The notes: generated from the letters alone by a model not told the origin. Numbered from the stretch's first letter, positions 1 through 11,820 are shown. The stretch is 64,000 nt of DNA from the human T2T-CHM13v2.0 reference genome, Homo sapiens (GCF_009914755.1 NC_060929.1), one strand, 5' to 3'. Program-made: numbers and translations.

Positions 1-280
1 TTGCAGGCAGAGTGAGAAAATAAAACAGGTTAATACCCTATGAGAGTTGCAATGTACAACAGAAAGCATAGCAAGGAACAAATTATCTGGAGTGAATGGT
101 GTCTGTGTCTGGAGCAGGATTCACTCAGCCTCCTGATTTGTCTTCTTCAGCATCCCCCAGGTAATGTCCGGGCTCGTGTTGTGTGAGCAAGCTGCATTGT
201 CCAGGGCTGTGGATCCTTCAGGGTCATTTCCTTCATTTCTGGTACAGGGCTAGGTCCCAGCCATGCCATGGTATGGTTTG
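1..280 (-). pseudogene. env: HERV-K env leader/signal-peptide region (partial)
   Basis: DITWGMLKKTNQEAE*ILLQTQTPFTPDNLFLAML resembles the HML env leader (TWGQLKKL...LFLAML). Confidence 0.75.
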
Positions 281-1010
281 ATGTGTCATGCTGGAATCCA
301 AAGACGAACTGAGGGTGTGTGTGAACACAAGCATATCCTCTTCTCCACATTAGCAAATCATTTGGACCACATCATCCATTACTATTTACATCTTTCCATA
401 AAACCGTGGGTTTTATGTCTTGAGAGGCTTTTGCCAAATGCTATTCTATGGCTGAATGAAATTTATCATTTAAATTTTAAAAATTAAGGGTAAATAAGGC
501 TTGTGCTAGTAGTGTTGCAGGTCCTTACTCGTATTCCCCCTTTTTTGTTTTCTGAGCATATTTTTAATGATGGAGTGGGCACATTCTACTATGGCCTGTC
601 CTTGGGGGTTATACGGGATACCGGTGGAATGATGGACATTCCATGTGTGACAAAATTGGTGAAATTGTGAGCTGGTGTAAGCTGGACCATTATCAGTTTT
701 AGTTTTTGTGGGCCACCCCATAAATGCAAAAGTTAAGAGAAGATGTTTAATGACATATCGGGTGGAATCTCCAGGAAGAGCATGTGAGCTAATTAAGTGG
801 GAATTGGTATCAATGGATACATGTACATATCTAAGTTTTCCAAATTCAGGGATGTGTATAACATCTGTTTGTCATAACTGATTAGGTTTCAGTCCTCTAG
901 GGTTAACACCTGTTGAAGGAGGCGACATGCCTGTAAGCTGGCAATTTGGGCATTGCAGGATAATTTGTTTGGCTAGTCTTTGGGTTAACTGACATTATTT
1001 AGGTAAATTT
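147..1010 (-). pseudogene. pol: HERV-K integrase remnant
   Basis: CPNC half of the zinc finger; KTDNGPAY and TGIPYNPQGQAIVE (DDE core); WRRGYACV C-terminal domain. Confidence 0.93.
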
Positions 1011-1880
1011 GGGCTGCATTGCCCTTTAGGATAGAAAACAGGCTTTGTAATTTATCAGTAGTTATGCTCAAGGTGGGGCAAAGCCAGTTAATATCGCCCA
1101 GTAATTTTTGATAATCATTTAAGGTGTGTAAGTTGTTAGTATTCAATTTAACCTTCTGAGGTCTTTCTGACCAGGAAGTTAATATGTATCCAAGATATTT
1201 CCAAGGAGAGGACATCTGTACTTTTTCAGCAGCTATGATGAAACCTCTTAACTGTGTATTCCTTTTGACAGAGACATATAAATTCAAAAGTATTGGCTGT
1301 TTGGGGCTGCAAGTAAGATGTCATCCATATAACGGATGATCTTGCAATTAGGAAATTCTTTTTTACTGGGAAGCAAAGCCTGATTTACATGATACTGACA
1401 CATGGTAGGACTGTTTATCATTCCTTGAGGAATTGCTTTCCAATAAAATTGGCAAGCTGGCCTTTTATTATTGATAGCTGGTATTGTAAACACAAATTAT
1501 TATCTGTCCTGTTTTGCAAGGGGAATAGTATAAAAGCAGTCTTTTAAGTCAATAATGACTATAGGCCAATCTCGAGGAATCACTACAGAGGAAAGGAGCC
1601 CCTGTTGAAGGGGCCCCATAGGTTGCAAATAAGCATTGATAGCACTTAAGTCATGCAAAAGTCTTTATTTACCAGATCTTTTGGGAATGACGAAAATCAG
1701 TGAATTCCAAGGGCTGTTTGATAGTTCTATATGGCCTGCTTTTAATTGTTCCTCAACTAATTCATGGGCCCATTGTAATTTCTCTCCCTGTAAAGGCCAC
1801 TGTTCTACCCAAATGGATTTTGATAGAGCCATGTTAGGGGTAGTGGAGGAATCACAACAGTAGCCATTATTAGAAAAGGG
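1011..1880 (-). pseudogene. pol: HERV-K reverse transcriptase remnant
   Basis: [35 protein letters not shown] (1320-1331), PWKYLG, LNDYQKLLGDINWL; disrupted by stops and frameshifts. Confidence 0.95.
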
Positions 1881-1960
1881 TCTGCAGGGTGACCCCCCCA
1901 TTGGGCTAATAGGTCCCATCCCCAAAGATTAACAGGGATGGGCATGATTAGAGGTTGTAT
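1872..1960 (-). pseudogene. pro: HERV-K protease C-terminal remnant with putative pro/pol frameshift heptamer
   Basis: [21 protein letters not shown] matches the retropepsin GRDLL motif. C CCT TTT heptamer on the minus strand at 1874-1880. Confidence 0.8.
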
Positions 1961-2727
1961 ATTAACATAGGGACCCCTCCCCTGCAGCATTGCAGCCATT
2001 ATGTTTTGCCTGACCAATTTATTCTGGTTGGCCTGTTGTTCACACAATTTATGAAATTTTGCCCTCCAGAGGAGGCATTGACTGACTTTTAAAGTTGTTT
2101 TAGCTAATACTGCCCAGGCCCATGGGATTATATGGAAGTTTTCTGCTATGGGCTGAATTAATCCTTTCATAAATGGGCTAGCGGCTCCATTTTCTCTAAC
2201 GCTTTTTCTTATTTCCTTATAAGTGGTGAAAGTAATGGGTTCATGTACCTGATTGCCTTGTTAATCTTGTATCACCAGGCAAGCCAAGAGCTCCCCTTTA
2301 TAATGTCACTTGCCCAAGATAGGGTTCCATAACTGTAGTGTATCCCTTGTCTTTTTTCCAATTTATTGGGGGAGGGGGTTCTGGAGAAACCTCTGTTTCC
2401 TCTTATGTATCTTTACCTGGTAACGGCAGGGCTAAGGGAGGAGGAGGAGGTGGTAAGGTAGGTGATAGTTCCTCCTCCCTTCCTTTTTTAGGCTCTTCAG
2501 TGTAGAGTGAGTTCAAAGCAGCCCTGACTAAGGCCCATAATATTAAAGATGTTACTGGGACCCATTGCCCTTGCTCATTATGTCATTTAAGATTTCTCCC
2601 CACTTGTTCCCAGACCTCTAGGTCTAGTGTGCCTTCTTCTGGGGACCATGGGTTATGGGAAACAACAGTTTGCATTAGGTCCCTTAATTGAATCTGTAAA
2701 ACTGAGTCTCTGCCAGCTTTAAGCTAG
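1961..2727 (-). pseudogene. gag: HERV-K gag remnant (matrix to N-terminal capsid)
   Basis: Translates LRDLMQTVVSHNPWSPEEGTLDLEVWEQVGRNLK...LWALVRAAL (betaretroviral MA), a Pro-rich stretch near 2430-2460, and KGLIQPIAENFHIIPWAW...MLQGRGPY (CA). Confidence 0.88.
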
Positions 2728-2827
2728 CCGTGTTAGCCAGGATGGTCTCGATCTCCTGACCTCATGTTCCGCTCACCTCGGCCTTCCAAAGTGCTGGGAT
2801 TACAGGCGTGAGCCACCACGCCCAGCC
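2728..2827 (-). mobile_element. AluY-like 5' 100 bp only (3'-truncated), fused to HERV-K gag
   Basis: GGCTGGGCGTGGTGGCTCACGCCTGTAATCCCAGCAC...GAGATCGAGACCATCCTGGCTAACACGG with AluY/Sc8 diagnostic bases; A box 2805-2815, B box 2745-2755. Confidence 0.95.
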
Positions 2828-4149
2828 TGTTAGAGGCCACTCTTAAGCTCCTAGTAGCCATCTGCATTACTAACAAATGACCCTTTCCCTCTGTGCCAGC
2901 AACAACTCTTCACTGGTTTCTGCAAGAAGGTAACGCAATCAGGTTATTACTCTGGAAGATCGAGTAAGCGGAAGTTTAAAACTGACATAAAAATAACTAT
3001 ATTTGACCCAAACATTTTTTCTTATGTGGGTTATTGGTTAATATAATAACCTTGACAATTTATTTCTACTAGCATAGGTAGCAACAAGTACATAGAAAGT
3101 TTTGCCTATATTAAGGCCTGCTTTGTAGCCATGTGCTAGAAGTCAATTTGCCAGTTCTCATGTCTAAAAATAATAAATACTTCTAAAATAGTCTAATTTT
3201 ATCAGTACAGAAAATATATCTGTCAATAATCTTTTTTTATGAATTAATTATTTCAGTTTATTTAATTAATTTATTTAATTAATTATTTATTTAATGGTCA
3301 CACTGAGTGTCCAACACAACAAATTTAGAAAAGAAAGAGACCTACATTAGAACTAATGAAGTAAAACTGCTTATTCTTGCTAATGGCAAAAAAAGACCCA
3401 AAAAGCTTCTATAAAGCAACATAAATTATTATTTATGGATAATTAATAAATATATTGCCATGATACTTTAAATCATAACACTAATTACCAGAAGAAAATA
3501 ATTTTGTAAAATATGGAATAAAATTATAATTTTAAACACAGAATCCTCCACTCAGCCAAAGTTATAGTAGACAATAAAAGTAGCATAAAAATATTTTCAG
3601 ACATACGAATTTTTTTTTAAAAAGTAGGAGGACAAATATTTTTAATGAAATTACAATCCATTCGGAAACTATAATAATTCTGGACTAGTCTGTACCTAAT
3701 TATATAGACAACAATTATAAAGCAAATTTCAAGAAACACAGGAAACAACAAAAAGTTTGTGAATTTTACTATTGTATAAGACTAACAGCAAATTTTCTTA
3801 AGAAAAGAACAGGAGTCAAAGGAAACAAGCAAAAGGAACAAGCAGTCAAAGGAAAAAAGGAAAATAAATAGAATATATCAATATCAAAATGAACACATAT
3901 ATAAACAAAAACACACAATCATTTCAAACACTCATGAAATATGTTTTGGATAAATGATGTATCAAAAAATCACAATTCACTTTTAAAATAAAAATTCACA
4001 GGAAATATTTTCTTCTTATAATACCATGTAACTTGTAAATAAGCAGGTTTATTTAGAATATTTATATATATGTTCTTCCCATATTATTGATTTTGTACTG
4101 TGAAATGAGACAAATAGCTTTATTTTCTGTAATCCTGTCTGTAATCCTT

Positions 4150-4320
4150 TCCTATATCTACATCTATATCTATATTTATATCTATATTATCTATATCTGC
4201 ATTTATGCCAGATGGTGTATTTGTGTGCATGTATATATATATATATATAATATATATATATATGCTTTACATGTCTATTTGTGTGTATATATATATACAC
4301 GCACACACAAATACACACAA
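4150..4320. repeat. (TA)n/(TATATC)n low-complexity tract
   Basis: Direct reading. Confidence 0.85.
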
Positions 4321-6212
4321 TAAATGCCTATGGCTATAATAAAAACTCATTGAAAAAATTGATGTATAATTCTCTGCATCAGAAAAGCTCATATATATTG
4401 TATTGGAAAATAATGTATAAAGGCTTCAGTTTTATTACATATAACTATAGTAACAGCATATGCTCTGGCTTTGTGTTAAATTCTCAGGAATTTGTGGGCA
4501 TCACTGCTCAATTTTTTGTTTTCTCCAATACATAGTGATGGAAGAAAATAAACACAAATGAAGTCATAGTCATAAACTCACTAAACAACATGCACTTGTG
4601 AAAAAGCATTCTTAAATTGAGGTATTTACACACAGGCAAGGAAAACACTTGGCAGAAACTCAAAAAATGGTATGTGGTGTCTTGAGATATATCTTACAAA
4701 ATGTTTAGGGGTCTAAAAATGCTTTTATAATAATTCCACTGAGAATCTACATTAAATATATTCCTATGTAATGAGGTACTAATTCTAAAAATATTTTTTA
4801 TAAATTCAAATGTATCAGGCGAAATGTACTTGCAAGATGAAGACTGTGAAGTTATTAATATTTACAGGAGGCATTCTATCACCTTTACCAAGCTGAAGAA
4901 ATGCCATATTTAGTTGTTGTAATAATAAATGTTCCATGAAATAGAGCTATATTATTGTGAGCCAGACTGTTCTAGCTGACTTGAACACAGCCATTGACCC
5001 CTATGCTCGAAGATTTCTTCCTCCCTAAGCATCACACGTTTTCTGTGAAGGTAATCCATAATTAGGCTATCCAAACTGGAAAAAGAATAAGTAAAGCCTG
5101 CGAAGGGAGCTTCATGAGATAAAGTTTTAAAGGAAAAGTACAAAATAACTATTCTCAAGACAGTCACAATTAAAACCAAATGCAGATGAGGACAGTGGTC
5201 TTGCATCTTCTATTTGTCTTCTTTGACCCAGTGCATATTATTTGTATTTACTGTGAATGTATTTCTGTCTTTTGCAAATACATACAAGTTGTATTCGTCC
5301 ATTATACTACTTCTAGTGAAATACCTTATTACAGTTCATGTAAGAATTTATGAAAAGGATTACTTAATGCTTGTAAAGATTATTAAAACCAATTGAGAAA
5401 TTGGCATTGAGAGGACAAGTGTTAATAAAATGGTGCTTTATATTTAAATTTGAAAATTTTGTAGCACTTCCTTACCTGCCTATTTGTGAGATATTCTCTT
5501 CTACATACTTCTTTTCTTCCTCCCCAAATCCAAACTTTTACTGCCAGTAACAATGAAGTCAGCATTAGTAGTTTATAAATAAAGTATTTTTATTTTAAAG
5601 TTTAATTATGCAGCTTCAAAAAACAATTTCTGTCTGCAAATTATGATTTGGCACATTAAACAGAAATGTAAGCAGACGGCAGAGTGCAGTAATTTTTATT
5701 GTCATAATTTTGTTTTTAAATTTTAGATGTTTATAAGTTTAATTGTTTAATTTCACTAGTTCCCAGAGTGATAAAAATATATTACTTTTAAAAACATGAC
5801 AAGAATTCCCCAAATGGCATGCATTAACCGAATATTTGGTACAAGCTCTTTCAATGCTACACTAACAATTATTTTGAAAACAAACATCCTTTTAATTTGG
5901 ATACATGATCTATTGTAGTATAAGCTTTTTATTAATTAGTGGAGGATGTTTACAAATATTTCTGAAGAACGTACTAGGAGTGGCATAATATACACTCTCA
6001 ATTGTATGAAAATGAGTTGAGCATACAAGATAAAGAGCATAAAAGTGGAATAAACTTTTGGATTAATGGAGTAAACCCTGATGCAGGGTCATAGAAAAGA
6101 AAGTGAAGGCCAAGATCATGAGCTTGTTTGGTCCAGTGTCCTAAATGATCTAGTGCTACTACACCTCAGATGATCAGACTACAGACTAGTGGCCTGAAGC
6201 ACTGCAGATCTT

Positions 6213-6310
6213 CTGTTATGGTTGAATATGGGTGTCTACCACATCCCCACCCACATACCACAAAATTCATATGTTGAAGTCCTAACCCTCAGGGCAGCTG
6301 TATTTTGGAA
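6213..6310 (+). mobile_element. MLT1-type MaLR LTR 5' fragment
   Basis: tgttatggttgaat...aaaattcatatgttgaagtcctaaccc resembles an MLT1 5' end. Confidence 0.55.
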
Positions 6311-8811
6311 CTGAAGCTAAAGAGAATGTTGTGTACGTAACATATTTAGAGAAATGCAATGTGAAATTATATCATAAGAGTATTAAATATACTTAACAAT
6401 AGATTTATGGTTCCAAAACACAGGTACAGTTATTGGTAGCATTATGAGGTGACTTAAAATAAGATGATAAGATTTCTGGTTATATTATTAATGGAATAGT
6501 GTCCAGAACTAAAGAAAATAATAGGAGGTATGCATTCCATATATTTAAATGTTATGCAAGAACTTAGCACCATTTAGAATTCAGCCTGAGAAAGGTGACC
6601 AGAAGGAAGTTACTGGAAACAATGTAATGCACAGGCTAATGGTACTGGGAGTACTTTAGGTGGAAGTGGGCTTCCCCAGTCACTGAAAATCCTCATCCAG
6701 CAGCTGACAGGAAGTGAAGGTGTGACTTGCACTACTGAAAACTTGATTATAAATATAACTTCATAGATCTATTCAGAGTCTAGGTTTTGTAATCTACAAC
6801 AGGAATCCAGTTTGTAAAGGCAACCATTTTCTACTTCTAAAACATCCATCTTTTGGGCAATATATAATCATAGTTTTTCTAAGATAGATATATTTTGAGC
6901 CTCAAACATATCATTGAAGACATAATTTATTTTATGTATGTGTGTGAAAAACAAGTATGATAATAAACCCATGTAGAAAATCTAGGCATAATCTGAAAAA
7001 CATATTTGTTTTGGCCTCTATTTAATTAATTCTAGATAATTTTCTTATCTTTCGAACACTTCACTGGTAAAGTAGAAACAATAATATACAACATTCTTCC
7101 AGAAAGATTTAAATAAGTAAGTTTTTGCTTTTTTCCATGGTTTTAATATATTCTTTTTGTTTTAATAGGTATAAATTGTAATGTTTCCTCTGTATTTGAG
7201 TGAGTTATTAATAGATAAAATAGTGCATTAACAAATGAAAATGATAATTCAAATAAAACAACTTAAAATTAACATGATGAACAGCAAGACTAAACATCAA
7301 ATCAATATTCCATATACTAATGAACTTATTTATTTGAAGAGTAGAATAGTTCTCAAATGTATTTGTTTGTTTTTGGATAGTGAAAAATTAGTGTCATACT
7401 TGAAGCAGAAGTCAATTATTTTGAAGCAATCATGTTTAAAGATTTATTAAAATCTACCCTGCTAAGTGGTATGAAGCTATACAAAGTTGCTTGGTGACAA
7501 GGCCATCTCTAAATAAATATCAACTGACATGATTGGTAAAAGGAGACAAAATTATATACATTTTAAAAGACAGATTTATATGGGTTGGAAGTAAATGCAA
7601 TATCTGAATGTTTATATTAATTTTAATGCAAAATTAATATGAATTTATGAACATTTGAAAGTTTTCTCTTTATAGAAAAATACAATTTAAGTGAATGACT
7701 CAGTTACTTTGCTGAGAGTTAATTTTATTCTTACATTTTAAACTAACATCCCTAAATTACTCAATGGAAAAGTAAATTGATGGTAAAAAATTAATTTCCA
7801 CTTAAAAAATCTGCATGGGTATAAATCACTACAACTTGGGGAAGGTTGAAAAATGACAGTATTAACACAACTTCATGTTCAACAGACAAATAAACATCCT
7901 CACAAATCCAAATCGCTGCCACATATTTACCCATCATTAGCCATAATCTACTTCAGATGATGATGATAAATGAACAAAGAAACTGGAGCCCTGAACAACA
8001 CCTACTTAATGGTAACAACCATTGAAAAATGCAGAGTGAGTTTCCTGCCCTGAAATTGCTATTTAACCCCCGACAGGGCCTCATTTAGCTGTTTCCTTCT
8101 CTAATATCACAGGTTTCCTCTATTAATGGGGACGCCTTTCCTGTAAGCTAACAGCTTCATCCCCATTTTAATACTAATCTTTTCATTTAAGAAACTGATA
8201 TTGATACACAGTAATATGTTTTATCAAGGAAAAATTTACAAACAAATTATATACATAGTTTGGCCATAAGAAAATATTTGAGATATGTTGTTTCTTTTTT
8301 CCATATAATACTATACATATTATATCAGTTCAAAAGTTTTAAAGACGTTGTAAAAATTATTAAAAGTCCATTTTGCAGCCTTCTAAGCTGTAGACACCAG
8401 ATTCTAGCTTTAAAAGTTTTATGTTTCTTACTGTGACCAAAAAGGCTTAAGATGACTTCTCTTGGGATACTAGATCCCTTGAAAAAAAGTCTCCTTTGCT
8501 TTGTGGCTTGGTAAGTTCAGTTATGATAGTTTATAATTATGAGACTTAAATACAACCAGGTGGCTTAAATTATATTCACAGATTTTTATGGTAAATTTCA
8601 CTCTTTCCATCTGCGGCCACAATAGTTAACATTCTGATTACATGAAATTCTCTTTGTCATCCTGTCTTCTGATGTTTTTGAATATTGTTTAGATTGCTTT
8701 CTGTCTTATTTGTTAATCTTGGTCCAACTCTTTGAAGCAATCTGTTTTTCTAAAAGTGCCTTATATTGTTATTATTGCCGTGAATTGTTTCACCAATGCT
8801 ACTTCCTCTTA

Positions 8812-9058
8812 TTTTTCTTTTTTCCAGTTGTGTGATCATAGCTCACTGCAGCCTGGGCTCAAGTAATCCTCCCATCTCAGCCTCCTAATCAGCTGAGACT
8901 ACAGTCATGCACCACCATACTCAGCTGATTTTTAATTTAATTTAATTTTTTTTTTTTTTTGTATAGATGAGTTCTTGCTCTGATGCCCAGGCTGGTCTCA
9001 AATTCCTTGCCTCAAGCAATCCTCCCATTTCGGCCTCCCAAAGTGCTGGAATTACAGA
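8812..9058 (-). mobile_element. AluJ, missing its 5' ~20 bp and part of the 3' end
   Basis: gatcatagctcactgcagcc, ctcaagcaatcctccc and ctcccaaagtgctggaattacag (AluJ pattern); stops where LTR18 begins. Confidence 0.9.
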
Positions 9059-9437
9059 CGTAAGGGAGATGGCTGTACTTTAGTCAGGAGTAGGCCAAGG
9101 CAGCTTTCTGGCACAGCCTGACTCAGCAGATTTGGAGCACAGGCACACAACTCCGCACATTAGGTAAACACACCATGTGAGGCGCATTAGGTGATAACCC
9201 ACATGAGCTCATGCTTGGCTCGGAGCCACTATTGTCTAAAAGGTAAAACTGCTCTGCTGATGCTGTACATACAACTTGCGCCCATGACTCATGCCCAGAC
9301 TTGCTGGTGCCCAGAGAGAGTAATAGCCATGTGTAAACTGTCTATGATTCCTTGAGTGTTTTCCCAGTTACCTGCCACTGGTCCACCCACTCCCCTCCGT
9401 CCTCAGTTTGGGCTGGAACCGACACTTGGCATAACTA
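9059..9437 (+). mobile_element. LTR18-like 5' LTR of HERV-S/HERVL18
   Basis: Starts (c)gtaagggagatggctgtactttagtcaggagtaggcc, like LTR18; followed directly by a PBS and ERVL-class gag/pol. Confidence 0.82.
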
Positions 9438-11275
9438 TTGGCATCATGAACAGGATCCCAAGCTATGCTGCTCAGATGGGCTCCAGTGGAACCTGGGTGG
9501 CGGTAGCTGGGTCCCCTGTGAGCACGGAGAAGGCGCTGAAGCAGCTGGAAGCACAGAGCACTAAGAAGCAATGAGCCTTTGCTGGCAGAGTTGGATGGGC
9601 ATTTTTGACTGCGCTATAAGCGGTACACGCCCAGTCCCTGGGATGCAGCAGAGGTAAGGGCCATCCAGACACAGGTGAGGTGCCTGGAGGCCCAGCTGCA
9701 CAGCTCAGAAAAAGAGTTAGAAGCTGCTGTGCATGGGGACCTTCTCTTCAGGCATAGGCGGGCCCCCGAGGCCTGGCTACAGAGCTTGGAAAAGGAATTA
9801 CAGGCTGCTGTGAATGCAGGTCTGGACCTGTCGTCTCAGCTGGAGACCCCCACTAGGTCTGATACCGAGGAGGCCATCTGCAGGACCGAGGGGTCTGTGC
9901 CATAAAGAAGGGGAAGATGCCCTGCCCGCATCTTCCTCTCACAGGAGAAAAGGGGGCCCCAATGAGTGACACGCTCAGGATGTGGATAGATTTGATTCTG
10001 GCCAGGGTTGACTGAAAGAAAATCGATGAACAGCCCAATGAAGTACTCTTAACTTTGTGCAGACAGTTGTCTCTGGAGCAGCAATTTCAGAAAATGTCCA
10101 AGGGGAAGAAGGACATTGCTGCTCAACCCAGGCCCTCCCTGGTGCTCCAGCTCAAAGACTGCGTGCTGCAGCCAGTCGAGGGTGTAAAGCCTTTTCTGTT
10201 TAATGAGGGAACTGGCTGAGGTGCCCAGCTTGGGGGGGACACCGGACGACTGGAGGCCACATGTGGACTTAGCAATCCACCGCTCCATGTACCTGGATAC
10301 GTTTCCAGGCAAGGCTTCATAGACAGTTGTGAAGACCGGTCAGTGAAAGTGAAACCTGTATCTTTGCACCGTGGCATCATCAGCTGCTTGGCTCCCCGCT
10401 TATGCACTGTGTATGTCTCTCCCGTACGTGAGTACATTTTGGGGGTGGACATTTTACATAGTTTGGCAGATGTCCCATCTATCACAGATTTGATGGACCG
10501 CTTGATGACAGAATTGGGACAGTACCACTCTGTGGTGGACTTGCATAATGCATTCTTTTCTAGAAAGCCAGGAGCAGTTTGCCTTCATAGGAGGGCAACA
10601 GTGGACTTTCACAGTGTTGCTGCAGGGCTATATGCATAGCCCCACCATATGTCCTGGTCTTGTTAATGATATTATGCTGATCCCTGATTCTCTTGCAGAT
10701 TTAGAATCGGCCATGTTCCCCTTTCCTAGAATTAAAATGATGCAGCTGAGACTGCCTCTCTGGGTGCCAAATGGGCTATTCAGCAGGTACAAACCCTACG
10801 GGTAGTTGACAAGGGGCGCCCATTTGAGCTGAATGTGCATTTGACCACAGATGGATTCGGTTGGGGCCTGTGGCAGCTCACAGAGTGCTTGAGAATGACA
10901 GTAGGATTTTGGTTCCAACTATGGAAGGGAGCTGAGCTCTGATATTCCTTGATAGAGAAATAGCTAGCAGCTGTATATGCTGCCCTTCAGGCTCACGACA
11001 GGAGGGCAGGACAAGCTACAGTCATCACGCGGATCACTTCCCAATAGTGGGATGGGTGCATTCATGGATAGTGACCCTCCAGACTGAGAAAGCAGTTAGT
11101 TATTGCATATGCTGCCCTTCAGGCTCATGAGAGCATGCTAGGAAGGACTACAGTCATCATGCAGATGACTTACTCAATAACGGGGTGGATACGTTCATGG
11201 GTAATGACCCCCTAGACTGGGATGGCACAGACATCCACTTTAATGAAGTGGGGTGCCTACTTAGAGCAGTGGTAG
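9438..11275 (+). mobile_element. HERV-S/HERVL18 internal region (gag-pro-RT-RNaseH remnants), heavily deleted and 3'-truncated
   Basis: Gag-like GRVGWAFLTAL; protease-like EYILGVDIL; RT VVDLHNAFFS and QWTFTVLLQGYMHSPTIC; RNaseH-like YSLIEK.LAAVYAAL. No integrase, env or 3' LTR follows. Confidence 0.85.
9439..9456 (+). promoter_or_regulatory. Primer-binding site, tRNA-Ser(CGA)
   Basis: TGGCATCATGAACAGGAT equals TGGCGTCACGAACAGGAT (complement of a tRNA-Ser-CGA 3' end, recalled) with two CpG transitions. Confidence 0.8.
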
Positions 11276-11820
11276 TTAACTGCTCTAAATTGACTACTCT
11301 AAGTGACCTGAGTAGTAGCTCAGGTCAGAGTGTAACTAAAAATACAAAGATTATGCAAGAAAATAAATACAAAAGACAAGGGGCTAACAGAAAATTGCAC
11401 TTATATCACAGACAAAATTCTGATGTTCTTAAACATATAAAACAAATACAGAAGAAAGAAAAAATTACAAATTTGTTAACATGATACAGCCAGTTGAATA
11501 ACACAAATAATTTGTGCTTTGTGAGCTTAAATAGAGACACTTTACAGTGTCTTTGGTTAACAAAGAATAGAAGTTGGAACTTGAGCTTAATATGGAGACC
11601 AAATCATACAATTTTTTTTAGTGTGAATGAGAGAAAAAATGGGTAGAGAGAGAGAGACAGAGACAAATAGAAACAAAGACAGACATTAGAGATACTAATA
11701 TTTGTAATAGAGGTGATTTTTCCAGGTAAGTATTGATAATGAGATATGCACAAATTTTGTTGAAAGGTTTTATAGTGCATGAATTACAGAAGGGTTTGGA
11801 GAAAATATTGGAATGACAGC

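Larger units (their letters stand above)
1..2727 (-). mobile_element. Class II (betaretrovirus-like) HERV-K internal sequence, probably HML-5/HERVK22-int; internally deleted, 5' LTR missing, continues past the window start
   Basis: The minus strand reads gag MA/CA, the protease C-terminus, RT (YMDD), integrase (DDE) and an env leader in proviral order, with many stops and frameshifts. Family assigned from recalled HML-5 Gag/Env peptides. Confidence 0.9.

Noticed and set aside
147-2170. HERV-K ORFs as functional Gag/Pol CDS
   Set aside because: Multiple stops, frameshifts and two large deletions; no LTR promoter.
4087-4535. YIYI-type ORFs (also 46919-47119 and 60703-61058)
   Set aside because: Translations of TA/CA microsatellites.
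9439-9456. tRNA gene
   Set aside because: Only an 18-nt antisense match (the PBS); no cloverleaf.
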